Part shown: positions 38,257 through 51,600 of the stretch, one piece after another | Position numbering within the stretch: position 1 is the first letter of the stretch | Layout of the letters: every line of letters begins with the position of its first letter | Assembly (NCBI RefSeq): GCF_036321535.1 | Contig: NC_087436.1 | Coordinates: 4,836,001 to 4,900,000 of the forward strand | Origin: Camelus dromedarius | Taxonomy: Eukaryota | Length of the DNA stretch: 64,000 nt | Direction of reading: 5' to 3' | Position numbers and translations under genes: made by a program | The notes under the pieces: generated by a model | Databases searched by the model: none | Seen by the model: the letters and a program-made list of their open reading frames with translations, nothing else | What the model was told of the DNA's origin: nothing

Positions 38257-41148
38257 AAAAGCACTACTTTAAAATGGGACATTTCTAGTGTCACTGTAAT
38301 TGGATTCATTCTAGTGTGATTAGACTAATGTAACATGAATAATTCCCCATTAAACTTCACAAGGAATATTTTTATAGTGTCATCTAATTTATAACTAATT
38401 TTTAGAAGGTTCTTATGGTATTTCCCAATTTACTACTGAATAAACGCTTTAACAATACTTGAAAGAAGGCTCGGAGATAGTCACAGAATCACTCAAGCTA
38501 TGCAGTAATCGTTTCTATTGCTTTCAAAATTACACAAAATCAAGAAGTGTTTCTCTTGTTAAAGGACATAGTGATGAATCTTTTTATTTTCTAAATGTAC
38601 AGTAAATCATATTTCTGAATATGGAATTATGATGTCATAATAGTAGGAAAACATCTTGCCATATACGCTCTTATATGGGAGCAATGTGAATCAAAATCTT
38701 GTTAGTTTGATTATTTTCTGTTTCCCATCAATTCCTGTAACACTATACATGGAAGACATTGTAAAGAAATTTAGATTGCAGAAGTGGGTCAGTGTAATCC
38801 CATGCTGAGACTTCAATTTTCACATTTTTCAAATATAACCCCAAACGAGAGGGCACAAGAGTTGAATACATCAGCAAAGTTGCACTAAACTCCTGAGGAA
38901 GATCGGTACATTCAGCTGATTTCTGTGTGCAGTGAATCCAAAGAGTGCTTTTGGCAGTGCGTAATTATGAAATGGAATATACTCTCTCACCCAGCTGGAA
39001 CACTTCTGATGTAGGTACTTATCTAGATGGGAACATAGTCTAGAGTGGAAGAGAGGAACAGAACAGGACAGAGAACAGCTGGAGGGCAGGGTTGTGTGGA
39101 AAGGTCGTAGACAGCGGAGTCGGCGACACTCCGCCAGTCCTGAGTACCACCAGCCTCGTGAACAGGTCCATCCCTGAAACCTACGTGGGGATCCTGTGGT
39201 GCTGGCTCATCTGCTCACCATCACGGGAAAGGGCAGACTTTCTGAAAGGTTCTCTTCCATGAGGTTCAGATCCGATCAGCTATTTTAGTGGACCTTGAAC
39301 TTCAGGGGAAGTGGTGGTTTTCGGGCTGTTGGTCACTTCTGAAAAGAAGTGATTCTATTCTTGAACACGTTACGTCAATGAAGTTCGAGGAGAAATCAGA
39401 CGGAGGTACAAGGCTCTAAGTTTAGAAGACTTGAGTTTTTGCCTCTTCAGTGTAGACTACAATAAAATAAAAAATTAGATTATAAGATGCCCTAAGGCAA
39501 ATCTTTATTTCATTGATTCAACATTGTTCCTACATCATCTAAATATCTGATTCTGATAGTAGCCTTGCATAAAGCTTATTCTTAATTAATGATTATTAAT
39601 TAATAGCTGAGAAGCTCATAATTTGTTCACATTTTCCCCTCACACCCTCTAGAAATTCTGAGTGCTTTGTTTTTGATGGTGTAGACAATCAATGATTATG
39701 AAAATCCGTTTGTGATTTTCCTGAACTGTGTAGTAGAAAAAAAAAAAACAAAACAAAACCCAGAACAACCAGCTACAACCTAAACAGAACATGAGAAAAT
39801 GGAAGCTTTCTGTTGAAGGAATAAAAACAATCATTAAGTATTTGGCTTGCATGTTAGGCTGCAGGAGACAAGCAAAGGGAAGTTGTGCTAAAATAACTAA
39901 TGAGAGTGTCGCAGTTGAAACGAATAAATCGCAGAGCGGGTTTTACAGCGTCCCACACCCGGCAGTGAAATCTGCTTCACGGAAGCCTGGGTCCTGGCCT
40001 GCTTTTGCGCTGTCTGTCATTCCCATCAGGGCTTCGGTGATACATTCTCAGTGGAGGGCTTGTTAACAACCACAATTCCTGCTCAAATCTGGGTGTTCCA
40101 TTAGCTCACAGTGAGGAAAGCCCAGCTGTGGAATATGACAGGACTGTTCAAGCTGAATCTGGGCAGGTGGTGGAGGACCTCCGAGCGTCTCAAGGCCACT
40201 TTTATCTTAGCCCTGCCGTCTTTGGCAAACCCACAGGGAGCCTTGTCTAACCACTGCTGAACAAGCAAGGGGGCTCTTGTTTCTTCGTTTTGAGAAGCAC
40301 TCACCCTCAGAAAGACATTTAAATCTGCAACTTTGGAGTCCACTTTGCTAATAAGCCTGCAGAAAACCACAGGGTTTATGAAAACACGGATCAATGCCAA
40401 CTACTTTATTACATGGCATTGCCAAGAGCAGGTACCTGCGGTGAACTTTTCTGCTTTTAGAACACCCCCCCACACATATTTCTATCTTTGGATGAGAGAT
40501 TTTATACCAAGTAATCACCCACAGTAATTGCTTCATAGCTGACCTCATAATTCATATTTTAACCACATAGTTATAACTGGCTTTCTATTGAAGTCCTCTT
40601 TAACTCAAATGAAAATATAAGCCAACCTTTATTTTGAGAAATAAAAGGAAAGTAATATTTATTCTCGATGTTTTTCTATTTTCATAAAATAAACCAGTGA
40701 ATTGCTCTGCATTTTTCAGCATTAACGCTCCTCAAATGACCAGCCAGAGCATATTTTGAGTATATGTACTTCTCCTGACTATGAAAACTGTGTTCTTTAA
40801 ATGAAATACCGAGAAATTCATCTTAAGAGAACGACCAAATACTCAAATCTTAACTATGTCATTACATGAAATCAAATGTGTAGCTGCTTCTTATAACTCT
40901 AGAACTTCTTTTAAATGCCCCAATCTCACTGACGTTAAGGAAAAAAATGTGCTTAGAGATGTTTAAGGAAGGTGTTGAAAGAAATAAACATATCCTGGTG
41001 TGTGTGTGTGCACACACTTATACACCACGTGTGTCTTTTAGAGATTCAATCTATCACTTTTCAACTATACTTTAACAATTTCTTCTTGTGTGTGAATGTT
41101 TTCACAACAGTTACATGCATAGAAAGTGATTTTTTCACAAATACAGAT

Positions 41149-41633
41149 TTTTTTAATTTTTAATTTTTTATTAAGTATAGTCAAGTTACAACTTTGTGTT
41201 AATTTCTGGTGTACAGCATAGTGAGTTAATTATATATGTATAATATATTCCTTTTCATAATAGGCTATTACAAGATACTGAATGTAGTTCCCTGTGCTAT
41301 ACAGTAGGACCTTGTTTATCTATTTTGTTTATGGGAATTTGTATCTGTGAATCCCAACTCCTAATTTATCCCTCCTCCCCCTTCTCCCCTTTGGTAACCA
41401 TAAGATTGCTTTCTATGTCTGTGAGTCTATTTCTGTTTTGTAAGAAAGTTCATTTGTGTCTTCTTCTAGATTCCACATATAAGTGACATCATATGATATT
41501 TTTCTTTCTGTGTCTGACTTACTTCACTTAGTATGATGACCTCCAGATCCATCCGTTACTGCAAATGGCATGACTTCATTTGTTTTATGGCTGCGTAGTA
41601 TTCCATTGTATAAATGTACCACAACTTTTTTTA
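41149..41633 (-). mobile_element. L1 3' end (cetartiodactyl type)
   Basis: TTTTATTAAGTATAGTC...TAGATTCCACATATAAGTGA...GTAGTATTCCATTGTATAAATGTACCAC. Confidence 0.9.
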
Positions 41634-41869
41634 TAATCCACAGATACCTTATGCCCAATGTTTTCAGCTTTGGGGTTTGCTTGAAATCCAGAGACAAGAA
41701 GGAAATTCCCATTTTATCCATTTCACACAAGTAAGAAATGCAAGGCTTTTACTGACCCCCAGTCCTCTGCCCATGGGGAACTTGAAATCAGTCATTTTAG
41801 GATCTCAACCTAATTTTTGGCATATGTTGCTCAAAACACGTATCTTTTCTCCCACGCCCTAGCCTTTCA

Positions 41870-42462
41870 GACCACACCTATGTCCTCCAGCCACGGGCCT
41901 TGAGTCACTTCCTCAAGGTCATCACACCCTTGTTCCTCCAAGTTCCCCAAACTTTGTTTGATGTGATTCCTCTTCTCCTTACTTACCCACCTCAAATGTC
42001 AGCAAAATTTCTACTGATGCAGGTAAGCTCTCTCTGTTCCTCCACGCTGTAGCAGGTTTTCCTTTTATCCAAACTAAGAGACTCATTTGTTTTCTTTCAG
42101 GCTGCCTGCTGACGCTTGTAGTTACTTGTTATTTCTGTAAATACTGTGTCAATGTTTCTTCTCCCTTTAGACCTTTAGAGCCAAGACATCAGGGACCATG
42201 ACTGCTTTGCTCATCATAACGTCTTTGGTGCCTGACAAGAGCCTACTAGGTGCTTGATGGATATGTTCTATTATTCATTTCTTATTTTTATTTTAAAATT
42301 ATTTTGGGGGGGAGATAACTAGATTTATTTATTTGTGCATTTTTTTAATTGACTGAACCCAGGACCTGGTGCATGCTAAGCACACACTCTACCACTGAGC
42401 TGTCCCCTCTCCTTGCCCCCTCCCCGTGGATATGACTATTGATGGAATAAATGGATGGATGA
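41870..42462 (+). mobile_element. L2 3' fragment interrupted by a SINE
   Basis: CTCCAGCCAC...CTCAAATGTCA...CAGGGACCATG...GTGCCTGACA...TAGGTGCTTGAT, then the terminal GAATAAATGGATGGATGA after the SINE. Confidence 0.65.
42273..42426 (-). mobile_element. Vic-1-type SINE
   Basis: TGAACCCAGGACCTGGTGCATGCTAAGCACACACTCTACCACTGAGCT; TSD TGGATATG(TT/A)CTATT at 42258-42272 and 42427-42440. Confidence 0.9.
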
Positions 42463-42533
42463 TCTCAGACAAGTCCCACTTAAGCCTGTTTGTACACTGG
42501 GGAGATTTCTAAAGCTCCTCAGGGATCTAACAA

Positions 42534-43089
42534 TGGCTGAACCAGAGCAGGACCTGTGGGGGGCTCCCTGGTACAAATCCTTTTTGGCTCCCATCTCTCT
42601 TTTGTAAGAATTAGGCTTCATCCAGCCCCCTAGACCTTCCCCGAGTTCCAAAGGGCAGAATCAAACAGATGCTAATCAAGGAAGGGAGGGAATGCAGGGA
42701 CAGGGGAGGGACGGTCAAAAACAATAGTGCAGCCTTGGGACAGAGTCCTGGTTCCCCCTCAAGGGATATACTGAACAATATCTTTGAGTTCTTCTGCAGG
42801 AACTAAGGTCCCCACCCAGGTGGAGGATGGTAACTTCAGGCTGAGCACAAGATTCCGGGAGCACCGCCCTGTTACCTCCCCAGCAACTAATCAGAAGAAA
42901 GTCACATACTCTGCAGCCCTCACCCCAAGTTTGGTTTATAAAAACCTTTCTCCCCAAGCCATCCATTGAGCATGAGCCAACCATCCTCCTTGCCTGACCC
43001 TGCGGTGAACCTTTCTCTGCTCCAGACTCTGATGTTGCAGTTTGTTTCGCCTCACGGGTGCCAGGCACGTGAACTTTCGTTTGGTACCA
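42534..43089 (+). mobile_element. ERV1-class solo LTR (tentatively MER41-related artiodactyl lineage)
   Basis: Starts TGGCTGAACCAGAGCAGGACC; CTAATCAGA (CCAAT-like) and TATAAAA at ~42937; ends ...TTTGGTACCA; ~555 bp; no clear TSD. Confidence 0.7.
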
Positions 43090-43789
43090 GCTCTGCTGTG
43101 AGAGAATGCTGACGTGAAGGTGAACATGGGAGTTTCCTTTAGGGAGGCCACTGGCCCCTCAGGCAGGGGGCTTGTTCTCCCTGATGAGCGATGCTCAGAG
43201 GACCGGTTCTCTCACCACGACCCAGCTGAGAGCCCAGAGAGCCCCTGGGTACCACACGGAGCACCAACCCACACAGAGTCCCGAGGGGGCTGGGTCGCTT
43301 CTTCTCCCAGGATCAAATTGTGTCCTTTTATTCTTGGAGGTGAAGAAAGAGAAAAACAATTCAATAATGATGTAAAATCACCACTGTTTACGTTTTTTTC
43401 CTGCTTTATTTTTTCCCCCTCCATGGAGTTCCTTTGAATGGGTGTGTGTATGTCTGTCTGGGTCATTTAATTTTTTCCCAAATTTAATATTAAGTTGAAA
43501 AGAAAGCAGAATTAGGTTAAAATCAATATGAAAACAAAAACAAAATCAGAAAAAGCACAGAATAGAAGCTTTCATTTCATCTTTAGTGTTTTTTCCCCCC
43601 CGTCTCCCTCTCTCTTCTTTCCGCTATCCTCTCCCACTGACTTATTTCCCTATAATCTTTAGGGGAATAAATGACAGGAAAGTACCAAAGGGCTGAGCCC
43701 TAGGATTACCAGCAGGAAGGAGGAAGGTCAGTGGAGGGTGGGACCACAGCGTTCGACTCTCTCATCTAGTCCAGGGGCTTCACATAAAC

Positions 43790-43975
43790 TCCTTGGATCA
43801 TCGCTGAGAACCTGTTACCCAGCAGAGGGATTACTACCCTCTCCCCCATTTTCTAGGTGAAGAATCTGAGGTTTGGAGAAGTTAAGTGTTTTGCCCAAGA
43901 TTAGGCAGTGGGTCTGGGTGGATCAGGAGTCTGAGTTCAGGTTTTTCGGACTCCAGAACTCACATGAATGCCACC
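43790..43975 (-). mobile_element. MIR SINE
   Basis: CCCCATTTTCTAGGTGAAGAATCTGAGGTTTGGAGAAGTTAAGTGTTTTGCCCAAGAT. Confidence 0.8.
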
Positions 43976-44024
43976 TCACCTACTTGTAAAGAAGAAACAT
44001 GACTGTGAGGCATAAAAAAATCAA

Positions 44025-44410
44025 CATTCTAAGGAAGTAAGCCGGAATGAGAGCAAAATATACGGTATGGTATCATTCATATGTAGAATCTTAAAAGAAA
44101 AATGGGGAGGGGGGACACAAATGAACTTATTTACCAGAGACGGACTCACAGACATAGAAAACAAACTTATGGTTATGGAGGCGGGGAGGGAGGTATAAAC
44201 TCGGAGTTTGAGATTTACAGACAGACACTACTGTATATAAAAGAGATAAACAACAAAGTCCTACTGTATTGCTTAGGGAGCTATATTCAACATCTTGTAA
44301 TAACCTATAATGGAAAAGAAATATATAAATATATAATTGAATCAATATGCTGGACATCAGAAACTAACACAGCATTATAAACCGACTATACTTCAATAAA
44401 AAAAAAAAAA
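44025..44410 (+). mobile_element. L1 3' end with poly(A)
   Basis: GACACAAATGAACTTATTTACCAG...GACTATACTTCAATAAA plus A-tail. Confidence 0.9.
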
Positions 44411-47399
44411 GTTGTTCAATCTCTCCCCAGCTGGTCGTACTGTGTAAGAGCAGAGTTTGACCTTGTTTAAGTTGCAGTGGACCCTTTAATTTAAAAAATG
44501 TTCAAGGATTTCACCAGGGACATAAATCTGTTTAGTGCTCAGGAAAAGAATAGCAAGAAATAAAAGAAGATCCATCGAAAACACACATGCATGGTGCCAC
44601 CCCAGGGATGCACTGGGAGCTGTGTTTTGTGGGCACACCCACCGCCATCTGGGCTTCAGATTTTCCAAGAGAATTTCTGTATTTACTCGCTCTCATGGCA
44701 AAGCCTCTCAGAACACTCCTTGGTCATTTCAAAGTCCATGTTGACACAAGCTTTTCTGGAGTTGCTTGTAAATCTGTAGTAACCAAGGGCCTCTCCTAGC
44801 CGTTTTCTTGGCTTTATTCCTCTGTTTGCCCTTCATGTTACAAATCTGCAACCGTGTCGAGTTTGTAGCATCTCAGTTCTTTCCTTGTGCCCAGAGACCG
44901 GAAGGGAGAGGAGAGGGTGGAGAAGTGGGGGAATCATCAGCCAAATTCAATGAGAAGATTGAGGCAATTATCTGAAAGATACACGTGAAAATCTGTTATC
45001 ACTCAGACGACTTCAAATTTCTGTGTCATCGGGACTGAGACGACTCGAAGACGTTGCAGTCTCCTTCCTCTCCGGCGCAAATCACAGAGCTCACATCTGC
45101 AAGGATGGAGGTGTCACTGAAGCACTTGTTTAAACATAAATACTGCTTTTCGCAGAAGGGCTGAATTCACTCTCCAAGGAGCCGTCGTCATGGTAATGCC
45201 ACTTCAGCACGAAAATCAACACTACCCTCTTTGATGAAGCTACTTACTGCCTGGTTTACAGAAGTGCACACAGTTGGCTTACTTGAGTATTCAAACCATT
45301 AAATTACTGTTCTTAAATTTCTTCTCTTCAAAAGTATATGTGCTTCCTTCTCACCTGATCATAAAGGCTACTATCACGTTATTAAGTCAACTACTAAATG
45401 CAAGGCTTACCCACTTTCTCGGGCAAAAAGTTTATAATCCATGGCAGGAAGATAGACTTTCCCCCCTCATATTCGTAGGTAGGTGGTGATGGCTTCCTCC
45501 ACAAGTTATTTGCAGAATGAGAAGCTCACTTCAGATTTTTGGTTTATGGTGTTTTAATGTATTTTTTTCTGTTTATATGAGTTTGTGGTAGATACTTAGA
45601 GAATATTCCAAGATGAAGGAGAATACAAGTCACAATTTACAACTTGCATTGAATATAACTATCATGTTCATCTGGACCTCGTAAAGTTCACCAAATGCAT
45701 GCATCTGTACATCTGTTTTTTCCCATTTCACACATCTCAAGTATTTTCCTTGTCGATGATACTCTGTAGAAAACTATTTGTAATGGCTGCATACTATTTC
45801 ATATCCTAGATGTCGTGTAATGCCCTTAATCATTTGAGTTTTACATAAATAATATTTACAAATTGTTGTTTCTGTTTATACAACATTTAAAACTGTTTTT
45901 AAAGAAAGTAGAGGGTAATTTGTTGGTTTGGAAATTTTCTTAAGTCTTGATCTTCTTCCAGAAAATACAGTGGAAAATACCAGAAATGGGTTTTCTGCCC
46001 TTACTTCTGGAACTTTATTTTATCAATCTTTATCATTCATGAAAGGTAATTAGTTTTCTACTCAATGAATAAAACTGCAAATGCCTGGGACATCAAATAA
46101 GATCTTTACTTAAAGGTGTTATACATATAAATAAGATGATGTTTGGACAATTTGTGGGTCATAGATTTCCCACAACATAACTCATGGCACTAAACTTTTT
46201 TTTATACTTCTTTGTTTAATTCTCTTCTCCACCTAAGATTTTATTAATAACACTTCTTCTTGGGAATTGAAACAGAAAGCATTTTCATTCATTCCTACCA
46301 GTTTTTCTATTTTGTGATTTGAGTTCAAAGGAAGGAGACCGTCTTCATTCTCTGAACCCCATGGCTGGGCCTCTCTCAAAATGTAATAGTGAGAGGAGAG
46401 CACATGCTCAGCCCGCCTCCATTCTCCCTCCTCTGTCCTCACCCCATCACTTTAGTCTTTGGTCCCCCTGAGCAGTGGGGAATAGCATCTCTGGTGCAGC
46501 AGGAACAAAATCAATTGTCTACAAATGGGCCATCTGCCTACAGAGGCCTTTCTGTTTGTTTTCAACACCTGTGCTTTTGATCCTCGGTAACAGAAGAGAA
46601 TTTCTGGTAAACATGAGCTTTACTATCAATGTCTTTAACACTCAAAGACCCCCCACTCCAACTGCTACTGCTTGAAGTATACAGATAGCTCTACTTAGTT
46701 ATTTGGAACATGCTGATCATGACTTATAACGTTATTATTTTTGAAGCCTTGTCAACATCTGTAAGTGCTGAAGAAGAAGGAAGAGGAGAAGTTGGAGGAG
46801 GAGGAGGAGGAGAATTCCTTCCCCTTCCCTCACCCCCACACTTGATGCAGAGTCTGGGCATGGAAGACAGAAAAGGCAGAGGCAGTGGATAATGGTGACA
46901 CCAAAGCAGGAGGCGGAAAGCCTCATTTTCAAGTTGGTTGCACGTTTGACTCTCACTGGGGATTTTTCAAAGGAGTCACCTCTATGTGTTCTGCTTACTC
47001 TTTGACTGATGGGCTTTGCCTGTTCTCTGATGAGCTGGGAATCGGCTGCATTGGGTGCGCAAGATCCAAGGGGCAGTTACAGAGCAGGTGATCGGCGAGA
47101 GGAGAGGTCAGAGGGGAGGAGAGGGGGAGCCATGAGAGTAGGGTCCAGAGGGATCTGGAGCTGAACCGGAAGAGAGATGAGGACAGGGACACAGCTGTGT
47201 GCCAGTGAACACTGGACGGGTGACAGCACGAAGTTGTGCTGGCAAACCCATTGTAAACTCCTCTCTGGTTGCTGCCCTGTTTACCATTTAGAGCTCAAGG
47301 GAACAAAACTGATGAGGAAAGTCATGAACAAATCACCCCCATTTAATTAATTCCCTGCTGTTTCTGTCGACGATCTTTTCAAAACCAGTGAGGGAACCA

Positions 47400-47738
47400 T
47401 CCAGTCTTTCTCATGTTGTGTCTCTTACACATTTTTCTGTCTCATCTGACATTTTACCAGGATCTGTCTCCAAAATTTTGCTTTCTGGCTAATTATCCAA
47501 GCTCATCACTTACACGTTCTTCTTTCTACATAACCGCAGGACACTGTTCTGCTAAGCTTTCTGCCACTACATAGTAAGGATCCCTTTTCCTCCAGTTTCT
47601 GGTAAGACGTTCCTCACTCCCGTCTGAGTCCAGCCCAGCACCGCCAGGATTGCCCATGTTTCTACTGACAGTCTGTTCACAGCAACTTAGGTATTCTCTG
47701 AGGAGATTTAGGTTTGCTTTGAGGCCTGGTGACTCCAT
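47400..47738 (-). mobile_element. MaLR (MLT1) internal sequence, 5' part, antisense
   Basis: ORF 47526-47738 (...EQTVSRNM...DSDGSEERLTRNWRKRDPYYVVAESLAEQCPAVM) resembles the MaLR internal ORF motif SDGNEExIGNWxKGDxCYxVAxxLAxLC. Confidence 0.7.
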
Positions 47739-47739
47739 T

Positions 47740-48075
47740 TTCCTTTCATTTTCTCCCCTTTAAACTGGAATGAATACAAATGTTCTCCTATGCCTGCCTC
47801 AAAATTGTATTTTGGGAACTGACAAATTGTTTTCCAGTTTCCCGGATCCGCAGAGAGTAAGGAGTTGTGCACTGGGATAAACTGCATTTAGCAGGGCCTC
47901 ACCAGAACCTGACTTCAATGATTTTGATGATAAGATTGGGGATGTTGAGCTGATGAGAATTAGATGAGATCGGGGGGGTGCTTTTAGTTGATGAAATAAT
48001 GAGAGGAGGAAGTCTTTGGGAACCTTGGAAAGGATGAATGGATTTTGCCTGCTGTATGAATGTGAATCTTTGGTC
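47740..48075 (+). mobile_element. MaLR (MLT1) internal sequence, 3' end
   Basis: CCTATGCCTG...ATTGTATTTTGGGAAC...GATGAATGGATTTTGC...TGAATCTTTGG, directly preceding the LTR. Confidence 0.7.
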
Positions 48076-48668
48076 TGTAGAATAACGACTCCTCAAGGAT
48101 GTCCGCGTCCATGGGAATATGTTATGTTACATGAGAAAGAGAATTAAGTTTGCAGATGGAATTAAGGTTGTCAATCAGGGCACCGCTGAGATGGGGATGT
48201 TGCCCTGGATGTCCCAGTGGGTTGGATTCAATTGCATGAGTCTTCAAAATCTGAAACCTTCCCAGGAGGGTCAGAGATACAGGATAAAAGACGAAGGAGG
48301 GGAGACTCAAGATGTGAGAGGGACTCGGTTGGGCATTGCTGACTTAAAGATGGAGGAAAGATATTCCTGGCTCGGAACGTGACCCCAGGCCAAGGAGTGT
48401 GGTGACCACTAGAACCTGGGAATGACCTTCTGCTTACAAGCAGTGAGGAAAGAGCATGTCAGTCTTACACCCAAGGGGCACTGAGTCCAGTCAGCAAGGA
48501 AGTGAGAAAGGCTTCCTAGAGCCTCCAGAAAGGAACACAGCCTTGCTGACTCTTAGCTCACAGAGACCCAGGTGGGACCTCTGATCAGAAGAACTGAAAA
48601 TAAATCTGTTTGATTCAAGTCACCAAGTTTATAAGTGGTTTCTTATGGCAGCAATAGAAAATACGTCA
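48076..48668 (+). mobile_element. MLT1E/D-like MaLR LTR
   Basis: GAATATGTTATGTTACATG...GAATTAAGTTTGCAGATGGAATTAAGGTTG...AGCCTCCAGAAAGGAACACAGCC...AATAAATCTG...GCAGCAATAGAAAA. Confidence 0.85.
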
Positions 48669-51600
48669 TTCTTTAATAGTGCTATTCTGATCATTCTACT
48701 GCCTTGTTTGAAAAAAAAAATCCTTCAAAGCTTCCAACCTCCTTCCTTGCAGTAGCATACACAACCCTTCACAAATCCATCCCTACCACGCACCAGCTGC
48801 ATTTCCCTCTATTTCTGAAATTATATCCTGAGGTTATTTTTTCTCTTTGATAAATGTTTTTCCCCCTCTGCTGTTTCCTCTGGTTGGAACATCCTTCTAG
48901 TCTTTCTGCATGCATGCTTCTAGACTTCAGCCAAGAATTAGATCCGGTATTGTCCTCTGTGTGTTTAACTACAGGGCATTCTCATTCGACTTCCTGTCAC
49001 ATCCCACTGCAGGGTGCAGGAGCCCATGCACTAGCATATATCTCAGTATTTCGCACCATCTATACATTTATTTCCTTTGGCAGATTGAGTTCCATGGGAA
49101 GTTCTCAGGAAATTGAAATGAAGAAAATATGGACAATGACGACCCATGAACCAGAGACTCAAAATCAAGTTGACTGCTAAAAGCACTAAGATTAAGTAGC
49201 TTAACATTTTAGACCTCTGAGAGAAATGTTTAATAAAAACAAACTAGTGTTTATCACAGTAGAGATTTTCCAACGCCTTTTGAAATCCTTGGATAAGATT
49301 TATTATTAAGCATTGCATTCTCAACTTTCAAGCATATGCATCTATAGAAAATGTCACATTTTATATCTAAAGTGATTTGGAATGACATGGAAAATTTTGT
49401 TTTATGGATGTCAAATAAATGCATCCACAGTGAGACTGTTAATTAGAAGCATTTGGATGAGACTGAATACTTAAAAATTACTTAAAACCTGTAGTTATGG
49501 CTCACCATGGTCCTAAATGCTTGGAGAATTTTGATGATAAAATTGTTTCTGTAACATATTGATGCTGTTTAAACGTTTGAAGGATAACAGGTTTTCTTCC
49601 CATTGGTGATTATTCTTGACAAAATATTTCTGGACATCTTGCCCAGATTAAGTGTTGGTTTTTGTGTAACAGTAAGTTTGAGGTGTTAATAGTGCCATGC
49701 TAATAATTGGACTTTAAAACTTCTCTTCTCTCTATAAATATGATACCATTTACCTAAAGTCCAAGAACTGGCAAAAGTAACTCACGGTGACAGAAATTAG
49801 GAAGTTGGTGCCCAAGTAGGAAATGCAGATTGATTAAAAAAAGACAGGCAAAAACTTTCAGACCCAACAGCCACCAGGGAGGCTATTGAAATCACTTTAT
49901 TGTGTTTACTTCTTCTTTCAATACTTTCTGTCCTGGGCGGATGTTGGCCTTGGAGCAGAATGCTGACTGTGGGAATCTGGCTGACAGGCTGCTTGTGTCT
50001 AAACCTCTCAAATCCTTTTTTAGCAGATAGAGAGATTCCCCAATGAGAAAGCCTGCTGGAAGTGTGGTCCTTGCCTGCTGGTTGAGAAGGAATTCTCAGC
50101 AGAGGCAGAGAGACAAAGTGAAAGGCTGGTCTATTGCTCAAAAAGAGGAGAGAAGGGGAGAGGGAAAGCCCTGGAGTGGGGAGCCGCCAGCCAGGGAGCT
50201 GGTGGAGACAGCTCCAGCCCCGGATGGGACCACGGGGTCTTTTACTGGACAGCTCTGCCATCCTTATCTTCATTCCAGTGGTGCCGTCACCTTCTCTAAT
50301 GGGCTCTTCCCCCCACGGAGCTCAGCCCTAAAGCAGAAACTTTGGCAGGAAGGAGAACAAAGAAAGAGATGCTGGGGTATGTCCTTGAGATCAGTGGAGC
50401 AGTTGTGCAATATAGGCATCCTGTTGGAGGGTGATGTCCTTGGAACCAAGGGGCCAGCTGTGGGACAAGAGAAAATGTCCTGTTTTTCAGCAGCCTGACA
50501 CTTTGTTCCCTTTGTTGATAACCAGCCAGGGTCATACGCTTGTCTAATCACCCATCTCACTCTCTTCTTTCTTCATTTTGAGAACATTATTCACATAAAC
50601 TTTTGAACCCTTGTATGTAGTAAATGCAGTATAAATACTAATTTAGTGCCATGTGTTACAAATATAAAAATACAAATAGGTATTTCCATTCATTTCTTGA
50701 TTATTACCAATATTTAATAAAAGGTCTCTTGCTGTGGGGTTTTTTTTTTTTTTTTTAGTACTTATCATTTGAACTAAAGCAATGGTACCTAACTTTACTC
50801 ACTTCCCATGAGAACTATTGGAACTAGCTCCCTGCATTCTAAGAGTGTACTTTTGGAAATTGAAATATGAAAATAGATGCCTTAGAGTTGCACGTTTACC
50901 ACTGCAAATTCATGTAATTAAATCAATAAATTTAAAGCGAAGTTAAAGAAGGTGTTAATGAGTTTGCTTGTGTAATAAAAACTCATCGTGCCGGAGCAAG
51001 AATGGGCAGAGACTGAAATGAGTCAGCAGCTCTAATTAAGTCTGCAGTGAGAGATGCAATTCCAGGCAGAATGCTGAATGACCCAATTCCTCCTCCCTTT
51101 TCTACTTTGGAAGTGGCTGCACCAAATGAGCTGCCCTCACCAGTGTGCCGTGTTTATTTTATAAACTCTGATGATTAATATTTAAAATGCAAGTGAAGAA
51201 ACATCCTAACCAACAAATCATTTAAGACATCCCTGTCTGATTACCCAAGAGTGTGCTTCAGGTGGAATTAAATAACATATTGCCGTCACTGAAGACAGTA
51301 TTAACCGTACGTGTGAAATTTCCAGCATGCACCATTTGGCACTTGAGTCCTCAATTACGTCCCGCGTAACTGTGTTAGAGAGCTGCTCTTTGCTCTGGCC
51401 GGGAGGCTATTCAGCCGAATATAGTCCCATGAGACTGTGCTGTCCTTAAAACCACACAGGACTCTTAGGTGTAAAAAAAAATGTTAATTAGTAGAAGAAA
51501 TGTTAAATGATCATTTGTTTTTGAACACCATTTCATTATTTGTTAAAAGGCGCTGTTGCCAAGGCTGACCACTTCAGACCCCGTTTCTGTGAGTACTTCC

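Noticed and set aside
39114..39134. Small GC-rich hairpin GCGGAGT-N7-ACTCCGC
   Set aside because: A 7-bp stem is expected by chance in 64 kb and has no supporting context
49797..50560. Cluster of overlapping 150-aa ORFs on both strands
   Set aside because: No domain similarity or exon boundaries; consistent with chance ORFs in moderately GC-rich DNA
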